From Paragordius varius (lineage: Eukaryota; Animalia; Nematomorpha), in the NCBI GenBank assembly GCA_964247055.1, contig OZ176050.1, forward strand, positions 9,300,001 through 9,364,000: a DNA stretch of 64,000 nt. Direction: 5' to 3'. Below the pieces are notes generated by a model that ran no database searches, was not told the DNA's origin, and saw only the letters and a program-made list of their open reading frames with translations. Shown piece after piece: positions 1 through 12,786 of the stretch. Position 1 is the stretch's first letter; every line of letters starts with the position of its first letter. A program made the translations under genes and the position numbers.

Positions 1-1237
1 CTTAAAGTAATAAACAAACCACATTTAATAATAATCAAAACCTTTTCTTGTGAATTAGTTAAAAAAGTACAATTTTTATTTTTTATCATCTAGAAATTCA
101 GATAGCTTAACACAATTGTGATGAGCGCTTGATATTAAAATTTATAAACAAATATTTGCGGCTAAATTATAATTTAATGCTTTCCCGAGTTAATTATTTA
201 TATTATTCAAACAAGATATACAGTTGTGTGTTGTAATCACGGAGAAAAATTATATTTTTTTACATTTTTAATTTTTTAAATATTTTTTATGCATTATCAT
301 GCGCATAAAATGCAAGAGAAAACCAATTTTTAAGTTTGGCCCAATGTTAAAATTATTTTTTAAGATATTTAAATTTTAAATGACCCTGGGGTAAACTTGT
401 ACAAATGGTCAAGTTAAATGGTAACGGTATAAAACGTTATATTTTATCAATACTTACAATACAATTTATGATGTGAAATTTCTATTACCTCATGATTTCG
501 ATAGAAATATTTTGTGCTAAATATAAAGAAATATTAGATTTAAAAGCAAAGGAATCTTAAATCAAAATGATACTATAATATGTTCCACTTTAAAAAATTT
601 AATTGAAAAAGTTTTTATATAATATTTTAAGAGTTTTCAATTTCTAATTTATCAAAATTTTGCCATAATGCTCACAAGCAGATATATTAATCGTGCATTC
701 AACTTTTTAGCCTTTATTTTATACTTAGATCTAAATTGAGGCATCAAAACCACTTATTTTTGTTAATTTTTTAAAGTACTGAAAGAAACGTTTCCAATTT
801 GAAATTAGTTGTAAAATTTTTTTTTACTAAATTATTTTCCAGTTCTTATTATAATTGCTAACGCAACATGCAAATACATGCATAATGTGGATAGAAATGT
901 AAATAATATTTAAAAGCTCTTAGGTACATTTAACCAGCAAAAAATTGATTTTAATATCTGCTCTTTGTCTCGATCGTGTTTTGAAGCTGTTCCAATAAAT
1001 CCAGAAGTTATAAAACTTTTATAAAACAAAGTTTTTTTTAGTGAACAAGGACAATGTTTGATACAGATATTTTAAATAAATTAACTTTTAAAACATTTTC
1101 AAAATTGAGCTTTGGAAAATAAAATTACCCCAATATGTGAACTAAAACAAATAGGTGAAAAGATAATGAACTGTGAAGACACCATGGAAATGTCATGCGA
1201 AAAAAGAATGTATGAAACTACTTGACGCTATAATGTG

Positions 1238-3589
1238 ATGAATTTTTTGAACACTTTTTACACTGGTTTATATGATTCATTTGTGTCCATTGCGCATATA
1301 AATAATTATTTTAATAATTCACGGTCACAAATTGAGTATAGTTTCTATATAAAATATAGAATATCCATATTTAAAAGAGTTATTCAATGTTGCATTTTAA
1401 ATGGTTTAATATTTTGGTTCAGTATACTTGGGTTTTATAACGTCTTTTTGGTTTATCTTGAATATATTTTATCATTTTTATCAGGTATAAAACATATAAA
1501 TTTTTAGGTTTTTCAATCATTCAAACTTATTGGAAGTTTTTATTTGTTATTTTATCATGGTTATTTAAATCCTTGTGGATTTTACCCATGTTTATAGTTA
1601 GTCGTTTAATCAATTGTTTATGGTTTCAGGTAGTATCTCAATCATTTTCATATATAAAATTATTTTTGATTTAGTTTTATTTAATATATTTTTAATTTTA
1701 AAAGGACATTGCCGACGAATCTTATAAACGGATATATGGAAAACCTGTTTTAAGCGGAAATATAAGTCGCTTGATAGCGGACATCTTTTTTAGTTTGACT
1801 CAACAATCAATATTTCTCATTCAAGTTTATTATCATTAATATAAAGTCTTACCTTTTTTCTTATCTACCTATACCGCTAATTCCCAAATTTATTGCTCTG
1901 ATGCATTTTTCATTACTGTATTCGATATATTCTTTTGAATATAAATGGTACAATTTCGGTAAGCCTTCAAAATAATCATTTTTATTATATCATGGGAATA
2001 TAAAATACTCAATAAATTTTATCAAAAAATTGCTCAGTCGTGTTATATTGCCAAAAAATAATAGTAATTTTTCTTAATGAGAGCTTTTCATAAATGATAA
2101 AAATATTCACGAAATAAAAAATATTACTCATGAACATTTTTTATTATAATTATTAATTGCTGGTTTAAATATACTTTTTTAAATTGGTTTCATTTGTACC
2201 CAACCGAAAACTGAAAATTTGCGATATAATGATTAAAAAATTGTATGCCATATTGTGCGACTTTTGGTTAGAAATAATTAAATATATACATTTTTAAAGG
2301 GGCTGAATAACTTTTTATCCTTGGCTTACCTGTTATTTAATTTGGCAGTTCCATTATTTTAATGTAAAAAATACTTCACTCTTATTTTTTTTAGAGACAG
2401 TTATTTTGAAATTGAAAATAGTAAATTTGGTTTAAATGTCATTTTATTAAATACTGAAAGGGTGGTTATCTTCAGCGGCATCAATTAAGTAAATATTCAA
2501 GTCTGTAATACGACGAGTTTTATGCAATATCCTAAATAACATATATAAAAATAACGAAAACTGAACACCATTTTTATTTGGAAACATATATAATATGTTT
2601 TCAAAAAATTAATTTTAATATATATTTTTTAAAAATGATAAAATGTTCGCGGATTCGACGATTTTAGCTAATTATGAAAATATAGCTATAACATTTTATG
2701 GGCTCGATCACTATTATATCCATAATTTTAAGCCCCAATTTTATTTAATAAAATACAAATTATTTGTAAATATAGGACCGAGGATCGGTTTTTTCTCGTA
2801 GTTAACAGTACCTTATAAATTTGCCTCTATTCAAATTTAAGCTGGTAACTTAAATGCTGAATTTTAAAAGGCCTGGAGAAAATATGAGTTATTTAATTTT
2901 ATAAATTATTTTATAAAAATACAGTTTTTAAATTGCTTTATTCATATTTGCTATAATTGAAAAGGTTTTGAAATTCATAAACGGCTTAAGCTCGTGGAAA
3001 AAAATTGGCCATATTTTTTGGGATTCGGATTGCCACTTGCTGTTGTTACCTATTTGCCACAGTCAAACGTTATTAGGTTGATAATAAAACGCTATAAATA
3101 TATTTTTTTATATAATTAACTAAATTCTTGTATTGATTTATTACTGTGCCAATTAATTATATTTATATATAGCGGTATAGTGTTTTCACTGTTGTTTCCA
3201 CTTTTTATTCTGAGTGCCACAGAAGCCAAACCAATCGCTCAAAATTTGTAATTATTTTTTTCCTATCTTAACAAGATTAAAATATTTTTTATATTTTCAG
3301 ATATAATTAAAAAATATTTATACAATAATGTTTTAGTGATGGACCAAATTTGCCCATTTTTTCACCATCAATCTATATTGCGAATCTCATAATACTCAAA
3401 ATTCTTCCACCAAATAATAAAAGACAAGAAAAATTCACAAAAAATGTCACTTCAAGTGCCACTGGTGATAAATTAAAAATTCCTGACTCCAACACCGACA
3501 ATAAAGAATTGAATGAACAAAAAAATATGAAGAAAAAATTTTCTATAAAAACTTTCATATCTTCGTCTAATAAAAATAGTATTAATTAA
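1238..3589 (+). CDS. EI24: Etoposide-induced protein 2.4 homolog (ER multi-pass autophagy protein), 7 exons, ~346 aa
   Basis: Exons 1238-1484, 1508-1629, 1705-1824, 1847-1958, 2965-3076, 3173-3247, 3337-3589 join in frame through GT-AG introns. The translation contains [66 protein letters not shown] and LFPLFILSATEA, matching recalled human EI24 motifs in the same order. Confidence 0.93.
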
Positions 3590-3681
3590 ACAATTTTTAA
3601 ATGCAAATTTATAATTTTATGTAGGTAAAATATATACAATATTTATACAATTAACTTCTCAATATATATAAAATAAATGTA

Positions 3682-6600
3682 TCATAAACATTTTTTATCC
3701 ACTATATGTCTACCGCTTTCATCATATTCTTGGCGGGAGATCCAAAGTTGTTGAAATGTTCCCTAAAATAATAGTTTACAAATAAATATATATTTAAGTT
3801 AAAGTTTGATGCATATGGGGTAAAATTTGACAAAAAAATTATACCAATGAAGCCAGAATAGAACCACCAATCCATGATGAAAAGCGTCGTTCTGAGCTGT
3901 TGTTGGAATATATTAATTTGGAGCGTACATTCTATGATTATAAAAGATGTGTAACATATAATTTTGGTGAAAAACGAAATATATATATTTACCGAGGGCG
4001 TTTTACATGATAAATCGTGGTTCAGGCGTTCTACGAATCCCTTAATTAGAGTGTTTCCTCCCACAACAATAACATTGTTATAAAGTGCCTAAAATAAAAA
4101 GAGATAATTTTTAAAGCATTACAACAAGTAAACCATATAATGGCAATTCTTTTACAAATCAGACGTTTTTAATATAAATTAATCAAAATATTATATAATA
4201 TCAATAGCGGAAAATATTTCGCGCTTATAAAAATATTTATGAATAAATTTATATTTTTGTAAATTTTAAAATCTAGTACTTGGCGTAAGTCTATGTCACA
4301 TGTACCAACACTTGATGTAACTGCGTTAATTATACCGAGCATATTGTTTGAAGTTTGCTATTTTTTTGAAAAAAGTGTAAAAAGGGTCATTAATTATGGA
4401 AATATTGTCAACGTAAATGAATATTATTTTGTGCATAAATAATTTAAATTCTTCTAAAATTTATTTAAAACTAAACTAGATCCAGAATTGTTATCATGAG
4501 TTACATTAATTTTCCTTTTATTTACCATTTAAATAGAGACTATGATATATCGAAAATACATAGTTTAGCTTAAAATTATGATAATTATTATATAGTGAGT
4601 GTTTTAAAAGAAAACTTTGATAATTTGAGTTGGGTTAAACAGCGCTTCCGGAATTTTAAATCGTTCAATACCAAATTCCTTTATCATTCTATTGGGGAAT
4701 TCGTATTGAATGTTTGGAATAGCGTCCAAATCTCTATAATAATAATATAATGGCAAAAAAATGTGTTATCTAAAAACATACCTAGTTTCAAGTGGAGTTT
4801 CATTGACTTGTAATACCGAGGCTTGAAAATCTTGTAATATTTCCTAGAATTAATCATATGATAACAAAATATTATTAGCTATTTAATATATAAAATAATT
4901 ATAATCTATTTATTAAAGTTTACACATATACTGTTAAGAAGTAAAACAAATTATATCACCATATTTACAGCATCAAAACGCAGCAATAATTATTATAAAG
5001 TAAACCATTCAAAGAACTATATTTGTGTCGAAAAATCAAAATATATAAGAATTATCAAATTTAAAACGGTACAAAAATGCTAAAAATATTATTCGAAGCT
5101 TTTTCTACAAAGGGATGACCTGACAATAGTATAGTAATAACGCGTAAATTGGATATAAAAATAGGATACAATTTGCGGTAAAAAATTAATTTAAAGGGTT
5201 TCGTTTACAACTGAGGTTCAATTGATAAAGGCCTAGGTAGTAAAAATTTGTTTTTGTTATGTCATCGCTTCGAATTGAGATTCAAACATTTTATTAGTCT
5301 ATATTTAGGCCTAATAAATATTGCTAGGTTTCATACATTTTATTGATAAAACCATTGTAATAAACATTTTCCCTCCTGTAATCTATATATTTATAAAAAT
5401 GGAAAATGCTGGCTTTGTGATCTGTTTCCGGAAAACCGGTAGACCCATTCAAATCCAATTGTCGAAAAAAGAAAATCATTAATGCCCCGACAATAGCTTC
5501 GCCCTTTTATTAAATTGTGCCCCCAGTTCTGGCCCACCCAGTGTGGTTTTTTTTGAAAATATAAGTCCACAAAAATCGTGTCTTTGAGACAATTTTCCGG
5601 AAAACGTGTTGGACCATTCAATTTCCAATATGATTTTTGTTTACTTATTTTCGATTGCGCCGAACATAGTCGGCTCGCTTTTTTAACTTAGGCCCTCCTT
5701 TTACCCCCACCCCCTCCCGTAAAATGCCATTTTTTTCAAAAAATCCACAAAAATAATTTTTTAAATCTATTTTTCGCCCAATTATTTATATATTAAAAGC
5801 AATATTATATTAAAAATTAACATTAATTTCAAAATCACATAACTTAATCATTTTAATTTGATATTTAACCCTTAAGACTGCGTTTAATATCGTGGTGGGG
5901 GGTTTAAAAATAACTTGATGAAATATATATTCTGATAGGAAAATGTATCAGGATTATCATAGTGCGTTTGGTTTTGGTTACGAGCGATTTGACAAAGTTT
6001 TCATATTGGTGGTGAGTGCTCCACCTCAGAAAATAGCAAAATTTGCGCACATAATTTTTTTTGTGAAAGCTGGAGGCTTTTTCAAAAAATTATAAAACAT
6101 ATAAAAAGCAAAATAATATTTCCAAAAAATTAAATTTTAGGTGTATGCTCCGAAAATCAAAATGCTCTTCTAAGGAAAGGCTAGTAATCTTAAATAAACG
6201 GATAAAAATTTTAATATATGCTAAGTTTTTGTATCAACTAAAAATATTAAAAAACTAAATTTAATTTTTAACAAAATTGGTAAAGCTTTCATACTATTTT
6301 GAGTCATAGAAACGGTTTAAAAAGGCTTTTATTATAAAAACATTTTTTCTATATAATTCGAAGATGCTGTACAATTCTATTGCTTCAGAATTTTAATTTA
6401 GCTGTTAATTTTGAGGCAGTTATGTTTAAAAACACAATGTTTATTTAACAAAAATTTTAAGATGGACAAATATTTTACTCGATCTGTGGAAATAGAAATT
6501 TTAAGCAATATCAATTATAGAAAAATTGTTTTTATAATGTCGTAACGCATTATACCGTTTCTATCATACCTTAAAATAGATTGAAATACGCTTGAACAAA

Positions 6601-9001
6601 ATTTTTCTAAAAATCAAATTTTTGTAAAAAATATGCAGTTTTTAAAAATATCAATTAATATAAAAACTTATCCATATATTTAATTATGGAGCAATCCCAA
6701 CATTTTTGTGTTTATTTTAAAAGGACTATCCCATTTTAGAAGAGTAAAAAAATTTTAAACTCACATTTAAAAAATAATCTTTTTTGAAAATAATGTTTTG
6801 CTTTTTATATGTACCTTATAATATATATTAGTGAAATTTTTTGAGCCTCTTGCTGGACCAAAAAAATTTATAAAATATGTGAGCAAATTTTGCCATTTTC
6901 TGATATGGAGCAGTTACCACAAAAGTGTAAATAACTTTCTTATATCACTCGTAAGGGCCAAAATTAAAAGCATCATAATAATCCATATACATTTTCCTAT
7001 CAAAATATATATATATATATATATATATATTTTATAAGGTTATTTTTTAAAATCGCTATGTATAAAAAATGAATTTTTTTTGTCAATAAAATTAAAAGTC
7101 TAATTTTGTCCGGTTGTGACTTAAGATACAAATTTAAGGATATATTAAATAGAAAACTCAAATGGTTGAGACTTAAAGCGATAAATAATTTGTATGTTAA
7201 GAGGTAAAACAATATGCAAAAAGATTTGTAAATAATACATATATATAAGGTAAATTACTGATGTAAAAATCACATGTGGAAAATTATTATAATTATTATT
7301 TAACCCATTTATGGGTTTATTTTAACTTAATAAAATAAAAATTAACAATCGCAATTTTCAGTTTAATGTACATTAATAAATGCAATAAATTTATTATTCA
7401 AATAATTTTATAATTTTTTGTTGGTCATATCGTGCGCCTTTAGGGTCTACATTAATATATTACATATTTAAGCCTTCTTTTTACATAATAGGTGACCCCA
7501 TAAAGACCAAAAAAAAATTTGATTATCTTCATACTCGACTATCAAAAGTATTAAAGATTCATAATAATAGCGGCAATAACCTAAAGATATTTGTCTTTAT
7601 TTGCTAAAAATTTTGGTTAAAAAATCGATTTTTGCGTAGTAGAATGAAAAAAACGGCCTTTAAATTATTATTGAAACTGATCACGCAAATTACTTTCCTG
7701 CTGGTTAACAGTCACTACGACACAATTATTTTACTGGTTCCCATATCAATACATAATATTATATATATTCTAATATATATATATTACAATAAGGCTTATT
7801 GTTAATCTCTAATAAAATATTAAATTGAAATAAACTTAAATGAAAATTAACATAAATTATGAATTATATCGTTTTGAGCCCTTTTTAAAATAATCTTGGA
7901 TTTGTATTTGCAGTCGAATTCGGCGATATACATGTTAATAAAAAATTAAACTAAAAATAAACAGATTAGAATTCAAACCTTCATCATAAAAGTTTGATAT
8001 GATTTTGATAACTCGTCCAATTTTTTCTTATCGCTTATATGGTTCATGAAATGAGGCTGGATTTGAATTCCTTTGTCGGTCAGTAAATTTTTGCACTGTA
8101 AAGTCAGAAAATCGCCTGCTAATGGCGTCCTCATAATTGCTAAAAAATAATTTACATGATATAAAAGGTTAAACCATTTTCCTTTTTTATTTAAGGTTAA
8201 AAAATAAAATTGTAATAAGAACTCAAGAAGGCTTTAACACTCGCTTGCTCAGCGCTAACGATGAACGATTTATGCAATTTTCGATATCATATGACATTTT
8301 GCACAGTCTATTTAAGGCCTATAACTCTTCCACCACCTAAATATTTGACATAATATAATTAAATATTTCTTACAATTTAGCAAACAGTAACCATCGTAAA
8401 CGGGTGTAACTGTAGTATGAATAGCACCACTGTCTACAACAAGACAAGTTGATTTTCCATTTGCAAATCTAAATATAATAAAAAATTACCCCGATAGAAC
8501 GGCATTTTTGGCCAAATAAAAAGCTGGAATCTTATACTTTTCAAACATTATTTCTACCAATTTTTCTCTTTTTGACCGCGTATTCCACTAAGAGTTAAAA
8601 AAAATTATACAGGAGGCTCTGTCATTAAAAGTGGATGTAATTCTGGCTCTGTCTTCATTTGCTCCTTGTATATGTAATTTAACGTTTCTTCAAATATATC
8701 CCAATCCTCAACTTAAAATAAGTATAAAATATACTCATGCCATCTTTGACCAAAGAAAAGATTTCGTTGCCAGGAATAGGGACTTTGAGATTATTTGTTC
8801 CGTATGAAAAAGAGCGTTCAGTTTTATCATTTTCATCTTTTTTGGTATTAACACCCACTAAACTAGGTATTTCAAACTAAATAGACATTAAACTTATACT
8901 TTGGGGACATCTTCTCCAGCATACCCAGTTCTGGTAGAATATGATCCGATATCAAACACCAAAGCACCAACATCGTCGCCACCGTATACTCCGCCACTCA
9001 T
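3682..9001 (-). CDS. ACTL6: Actin-like protein 6 / BAF53 / Arp4 (nuclear actin-related subunit of chromatin remodellers), 12 exons, ~406 aa
   Basis: Exons (5'->3'): 9001-8900, 8876-8735, 8711-8611, 8587-8490, 8468-8374, 8139-7979, 4843-4782, 4733-4616, 4357-4280, 4088-3993, 3931-3845, 3762-3682. Starts [20 protein letters not shown] (ACTL6 signature). Contains [35 protein letters not shown] and ends VDKKCL-TGA. Confidence 0.96.
5382..5790 (+). mobile_element. 5' portion of a Helitron-like non-autonomous element inside the 3.1-kb ACTL6 intron
   Basis: Begins A|TCTATATATTTATAAA. About 400 bp are clearly homologous to 35573-35965. No matching 3' CTAG/hairpin end was identified for this copy. 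Confidence 0.6.
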
Positions 9002-9699
9002 TTTCAAATTTTGTATGAATGCGTAATATCGATAACTGTTTTTCAACTGTTAATTATTTTTAACATCGGGTTTGCGGAAATCGGGGGTTATAAAAAAATT
9101 CTGATAAATATAAATATATATATATTATATATATATATTATTCTGGATAGATTAATGTATCAGTGCCGTCTGGGCTCTACGAAAAATATAAGACAGTTAA
9201 TTGTCCCTTTGTTGCAATTGCTCGGTATCGTAAAATTAGCGCAAATTGTGTATCATAAAATTATTTTGATAAAAGCTAAATGCATTATTCTAAAATAAAT
9301 TTTAATATATGATATGCAATAAAATCTATATATGCTAAAATATAGCATCAAAAAATATTTTCAAAAAAATGCATACTTTTTTAAAAAATTTAATTTTTAG
9401 CAGAATTTTGTTGAAACGTACTTCATACCATTTTAAGACATGGTGAAAACGGATAAAAGGGCGTTAAACTATAAACAGCTCTATATAATTCGAGGATTCT
9501 AACATTTTCCCAAAAATCAAACGTACCATTAGATCGCGGAGTGTTTCCACGCATATCGCAAAATCTTAGAAAAAATGATAATTTTGAAAATATTAAGGAT
9601 CCATTTGACAAAAACTAGAAAAAAATTTCTAGTCTTATATTTGAAATTAAATAAATTATTTATGAATGCTCATATATACAATTTCGAATGCATCCCGTC

Positions 9700-9749
9700 G
9701 ATTTTTTGAGTCGAAAATGGGGCCCGCGAAGCCATGTTGTACACTCCTG
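9700..9749. mobile_element. Right end of a hAT-type MITE (same family as 38128-38376)
   Basis: GGCCCGCGAAGCCATGTTGTACACTCCTG resembles the right end of the 38128-38376 element. Left end not found. Confidence 0.45.
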
Positions 9750-9918
9750 CTGTATATTTTAATTCTTAAGTGATAGAAATATTCGGCCTAAATATATGTG
9801 ACCAGAACTCTAACGCAATACAAAATTAAAACATACTTTGCCTATTTTTTGCACAAAAATTCGGTGTCTTTGGAAAAAATTGTTAAAAATGATACGAAAA
9901 AAATGCGTTCGGTTTTAA

Positions 9919-10487
9919 CACTTCGATTCAAATTGGGGTATCTAAATACCTAAGACTAATTTTAAATTAATATTTTTAAAAAAACTACTGAAGGAAACGG
10001 TCCCAATTCAAATTAATGCTTCTATCCTGATAAAAAATATATAAATATACCAAAATATCTTGATAAAATTTTGTTTAGAAAAAAAAGTTTTAACTCAAAC
10101 TACTTCGACGCCATTTTTACTTTACAAAATTTTTGCAAAATATCGCCTTCATTTAATTTTAAGGGTAAAACTAAAGTTAATTTTTAATATAAATTACATC
10201 TAACATTGATGGAAATATAAAAAGCGGTTTTTTTGTATTATTTTTTAATATTACTCTTTGACACATGTCACTTTGACGAAATTTTTACCTTTTGGTTTTA
10301 GCTTAAAATAAGTAATATCAAGTATTTTTCAATAATTTTTTTTATATTTTGGTTTATTAATGTTTAAGTGCAAAATTTTGCCATGGTTTCGATTCCTTCC
10401 ATACATAAAGTATTTGAATTAAAACAGGCCTGGGGTATATATCCCAATTTGAATCGAAGGACTAAAATGAGTTGTTGTATCCAAGTG
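9919..10487 (+). mobile_element. TTAA-flanked ~560-bp MITE (piggyBac-like ends), family B copy 1
   Basis: TTAA|CACTTCGATTCAAATTGGGGTATC ... CCCAATTTGAATCGAAG-(27 nt)-TG|TTAA. Homologous along its length to the copies at 31345, 32265 and 33773. Confidence 0.8.
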
Positions 10488-11237
10488 TTAATCCCTGATT
10501 TTTATATTTTAATTAAATAAAGTTACTTTTTTGTAGCTGGTTTTTTATTTATAAATTTAAAATAATCGAATTAAGTTTTATTATAAATGTTTTTATTTAA
10601 AAATAGCACACCTCCCAAAAAACAAAAACGCCCCCTAAATTTAAAAAAAGGTAAGAAATTACGTTTAGTCTGAAATGGCCTAGCCTTATATGAATTATGA
10701 ACGTATAAATATAATGTTACCTGTGTTTTAGATTTGTTGAGTATAGTGATTTGTATAGTCTTTGATGAGAAGAAATAATTTTTGTAAACTTTTCATAGTA
10801 TGTTATTTTTTAATATACAAAGATGCGGATAAAATATTAAAATGAGGAACCAAAATTAACACTTAATGATCTTTTACCTTTTTCGGCGATGATATAATGC
10901 GGTAGTTTTATATGACAAGCTCAATCTTGTAAATTATCTTATTTTAATTAAAATTTAATTATCAAACTTTTTTCTTATGTATTAGTTAACATAAATTATA
11001 TTTTTAATGTTCTGTGGCTTCTAGATTCATTTTAGACAGCATCGATTGCGAGCAACTAATATTAGGATGATTATATTACAACATTTTGCTAATAAAATGT
11101 AGCCTGAAAGCTTTTTAAAGTTAATTTATATTTTCTAACCATATTATATATTTTTGCCTGTTGCATTAGCGGTTTAAATAAATTATTTTTGAGATAATTT
11201 TATATGACATTGATTTCAATATAACCTTTTTCTCGTA

Positions 11238-11500
11238 TTACCACTCCATTACCTTTTGGGATAGTTTTATATCTTGCGAGTTATTTATATCACATAAAGT
11301 ATTTTAGGTATTAGGCTATGTTAAAAATATGCTTTTTTTCATTATACAAAATCTTTTATTGAAAAATATAAAATTGTTAAAAATCATTTCAAGCTTTTTC
11401 GCCGCCATTTTTTTAATATTACAAAAATAAACATTTTGTATATAAATCTTCAGTTTGATAATTATAATTAAAGCAAAGATAAAATAACTGAAACTCAAAT
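11238..11500 (+). mobile_element. Fragment (left arm) of the foldback family seen at 42519-43529
   Basis: Shares AGGTATTAGGCT..AAAATATGCTTTTT..AAATTGTTAAAAATC..TTTTTCGCCGCCATTTT with the arms of the 42.5-43.5 kb element. A right-end fragment of the same family appears at ~330-420. Confidence 0.5.
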
Positions 11501-12786
11501 GAAACAAAAATTGAACTTTCAAAACTTGATCATATTTTACTAAATTAATTTTGTGTTAATTTTAAATTTTCAGCCTTTTGGGAATAGCCCTGAGTGAGAA
11601 GGCTATTAGCCTAAATCTTACGGTGGTGTCTGATAACGTTTCGCCACTGCTCGAAGGCCTGCATTCATGAGCGGTTTGACCGGTCCAAAAGCATGTATAA
11701 TTCGGAAAATAAATAATAACCAATTTAAAATACTCAAGTTTAGTTTTTTTACCGTAAAAGGAACTATACTTTTTTTTACATATTGGGGTTATTTTGACAG
11801 AGACTACTCTATCAAATCCTACAATATTTTATTTCGTATATATAAAAGGTAATTAATATATATAGTAAAATTATAAATTTTTATAAAAAGCAGTGCGAAG
11901 CCCGCAGTTTTTTACGAAAACCCAGTATTGTACCGTACTGTCAAATACAGCCTATCTAGTCACATTAGCCTATAGAAAAGGGTTTTTACAACGTTTCCAC
12001 GATGTTTCAAAATACAATTAAACTCGCTTAAAAATTTTGCTATAAATAAAATTTTTAAGCAAAATATCCATTTTTTGGATTTTTTGATGTCAAAATTTAG
12101 GGCCTAATTACAATTTTTATCGCGCAATCTCGGCCATTTCGTTTTAATTTTAAGAGAAATCGCCCATTTTTGACGGGTCCAAAATTAAGACTTTCGAAGC
12201 CTACATCTAAAATTTAATTTTATAATAATTTTGTTTCACCTATCACTTTATAATGTATTTAAGTCATATTATGGTTTATATGATTTTTTTCGTTTTGCTT
12301 CAATCCAACTGTAATTTATAGATATGGGCTCTAAAAGTTTGAAAATTCTATACTTAAAATGCGATATTTTTTAAAAATAAAGGTGAAAATGACGATTGCG
12401 CAATTAGAATTTAAAATGTATGACATCACAACAGTAATTCCTAAATGGATATTTTGCAAAAAATAATTTAAAGCAAATTCTGGCTATAGATTATAAATGT
12501 ATAAAAAATCCATAAACTTCGGAGTTAATTGTGAAAAGGGGTCTGTTACTTGTCTATTTATAAACGAATACTTGGCATTTTCTAAATTTAATAGAGGGGA
12601 AAGCGCTTACCACAAAGTCAAAGAATTTCATTTTATCAATATATAGATGACAAATTTTATCACGACATTTGTTAAATTCAAAGTAAGGCATGAAAGTAGT
12701 TGTTACAATGAAGTCAATGAATTATATAATTATTGTTAAACAATACCAGTTTTTAACAATCAAATAATATATATTTAGCCTCCTCA

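Noticed and set aside
9011-9298. Small secreted-protein gene divergent from ACTL6
   Set aside because: It starts at TTG 10 bp from the ACTL6 ATG, has no in-frame ATG near the start and no recognisable product. It is probably promoter or UTR sequence.
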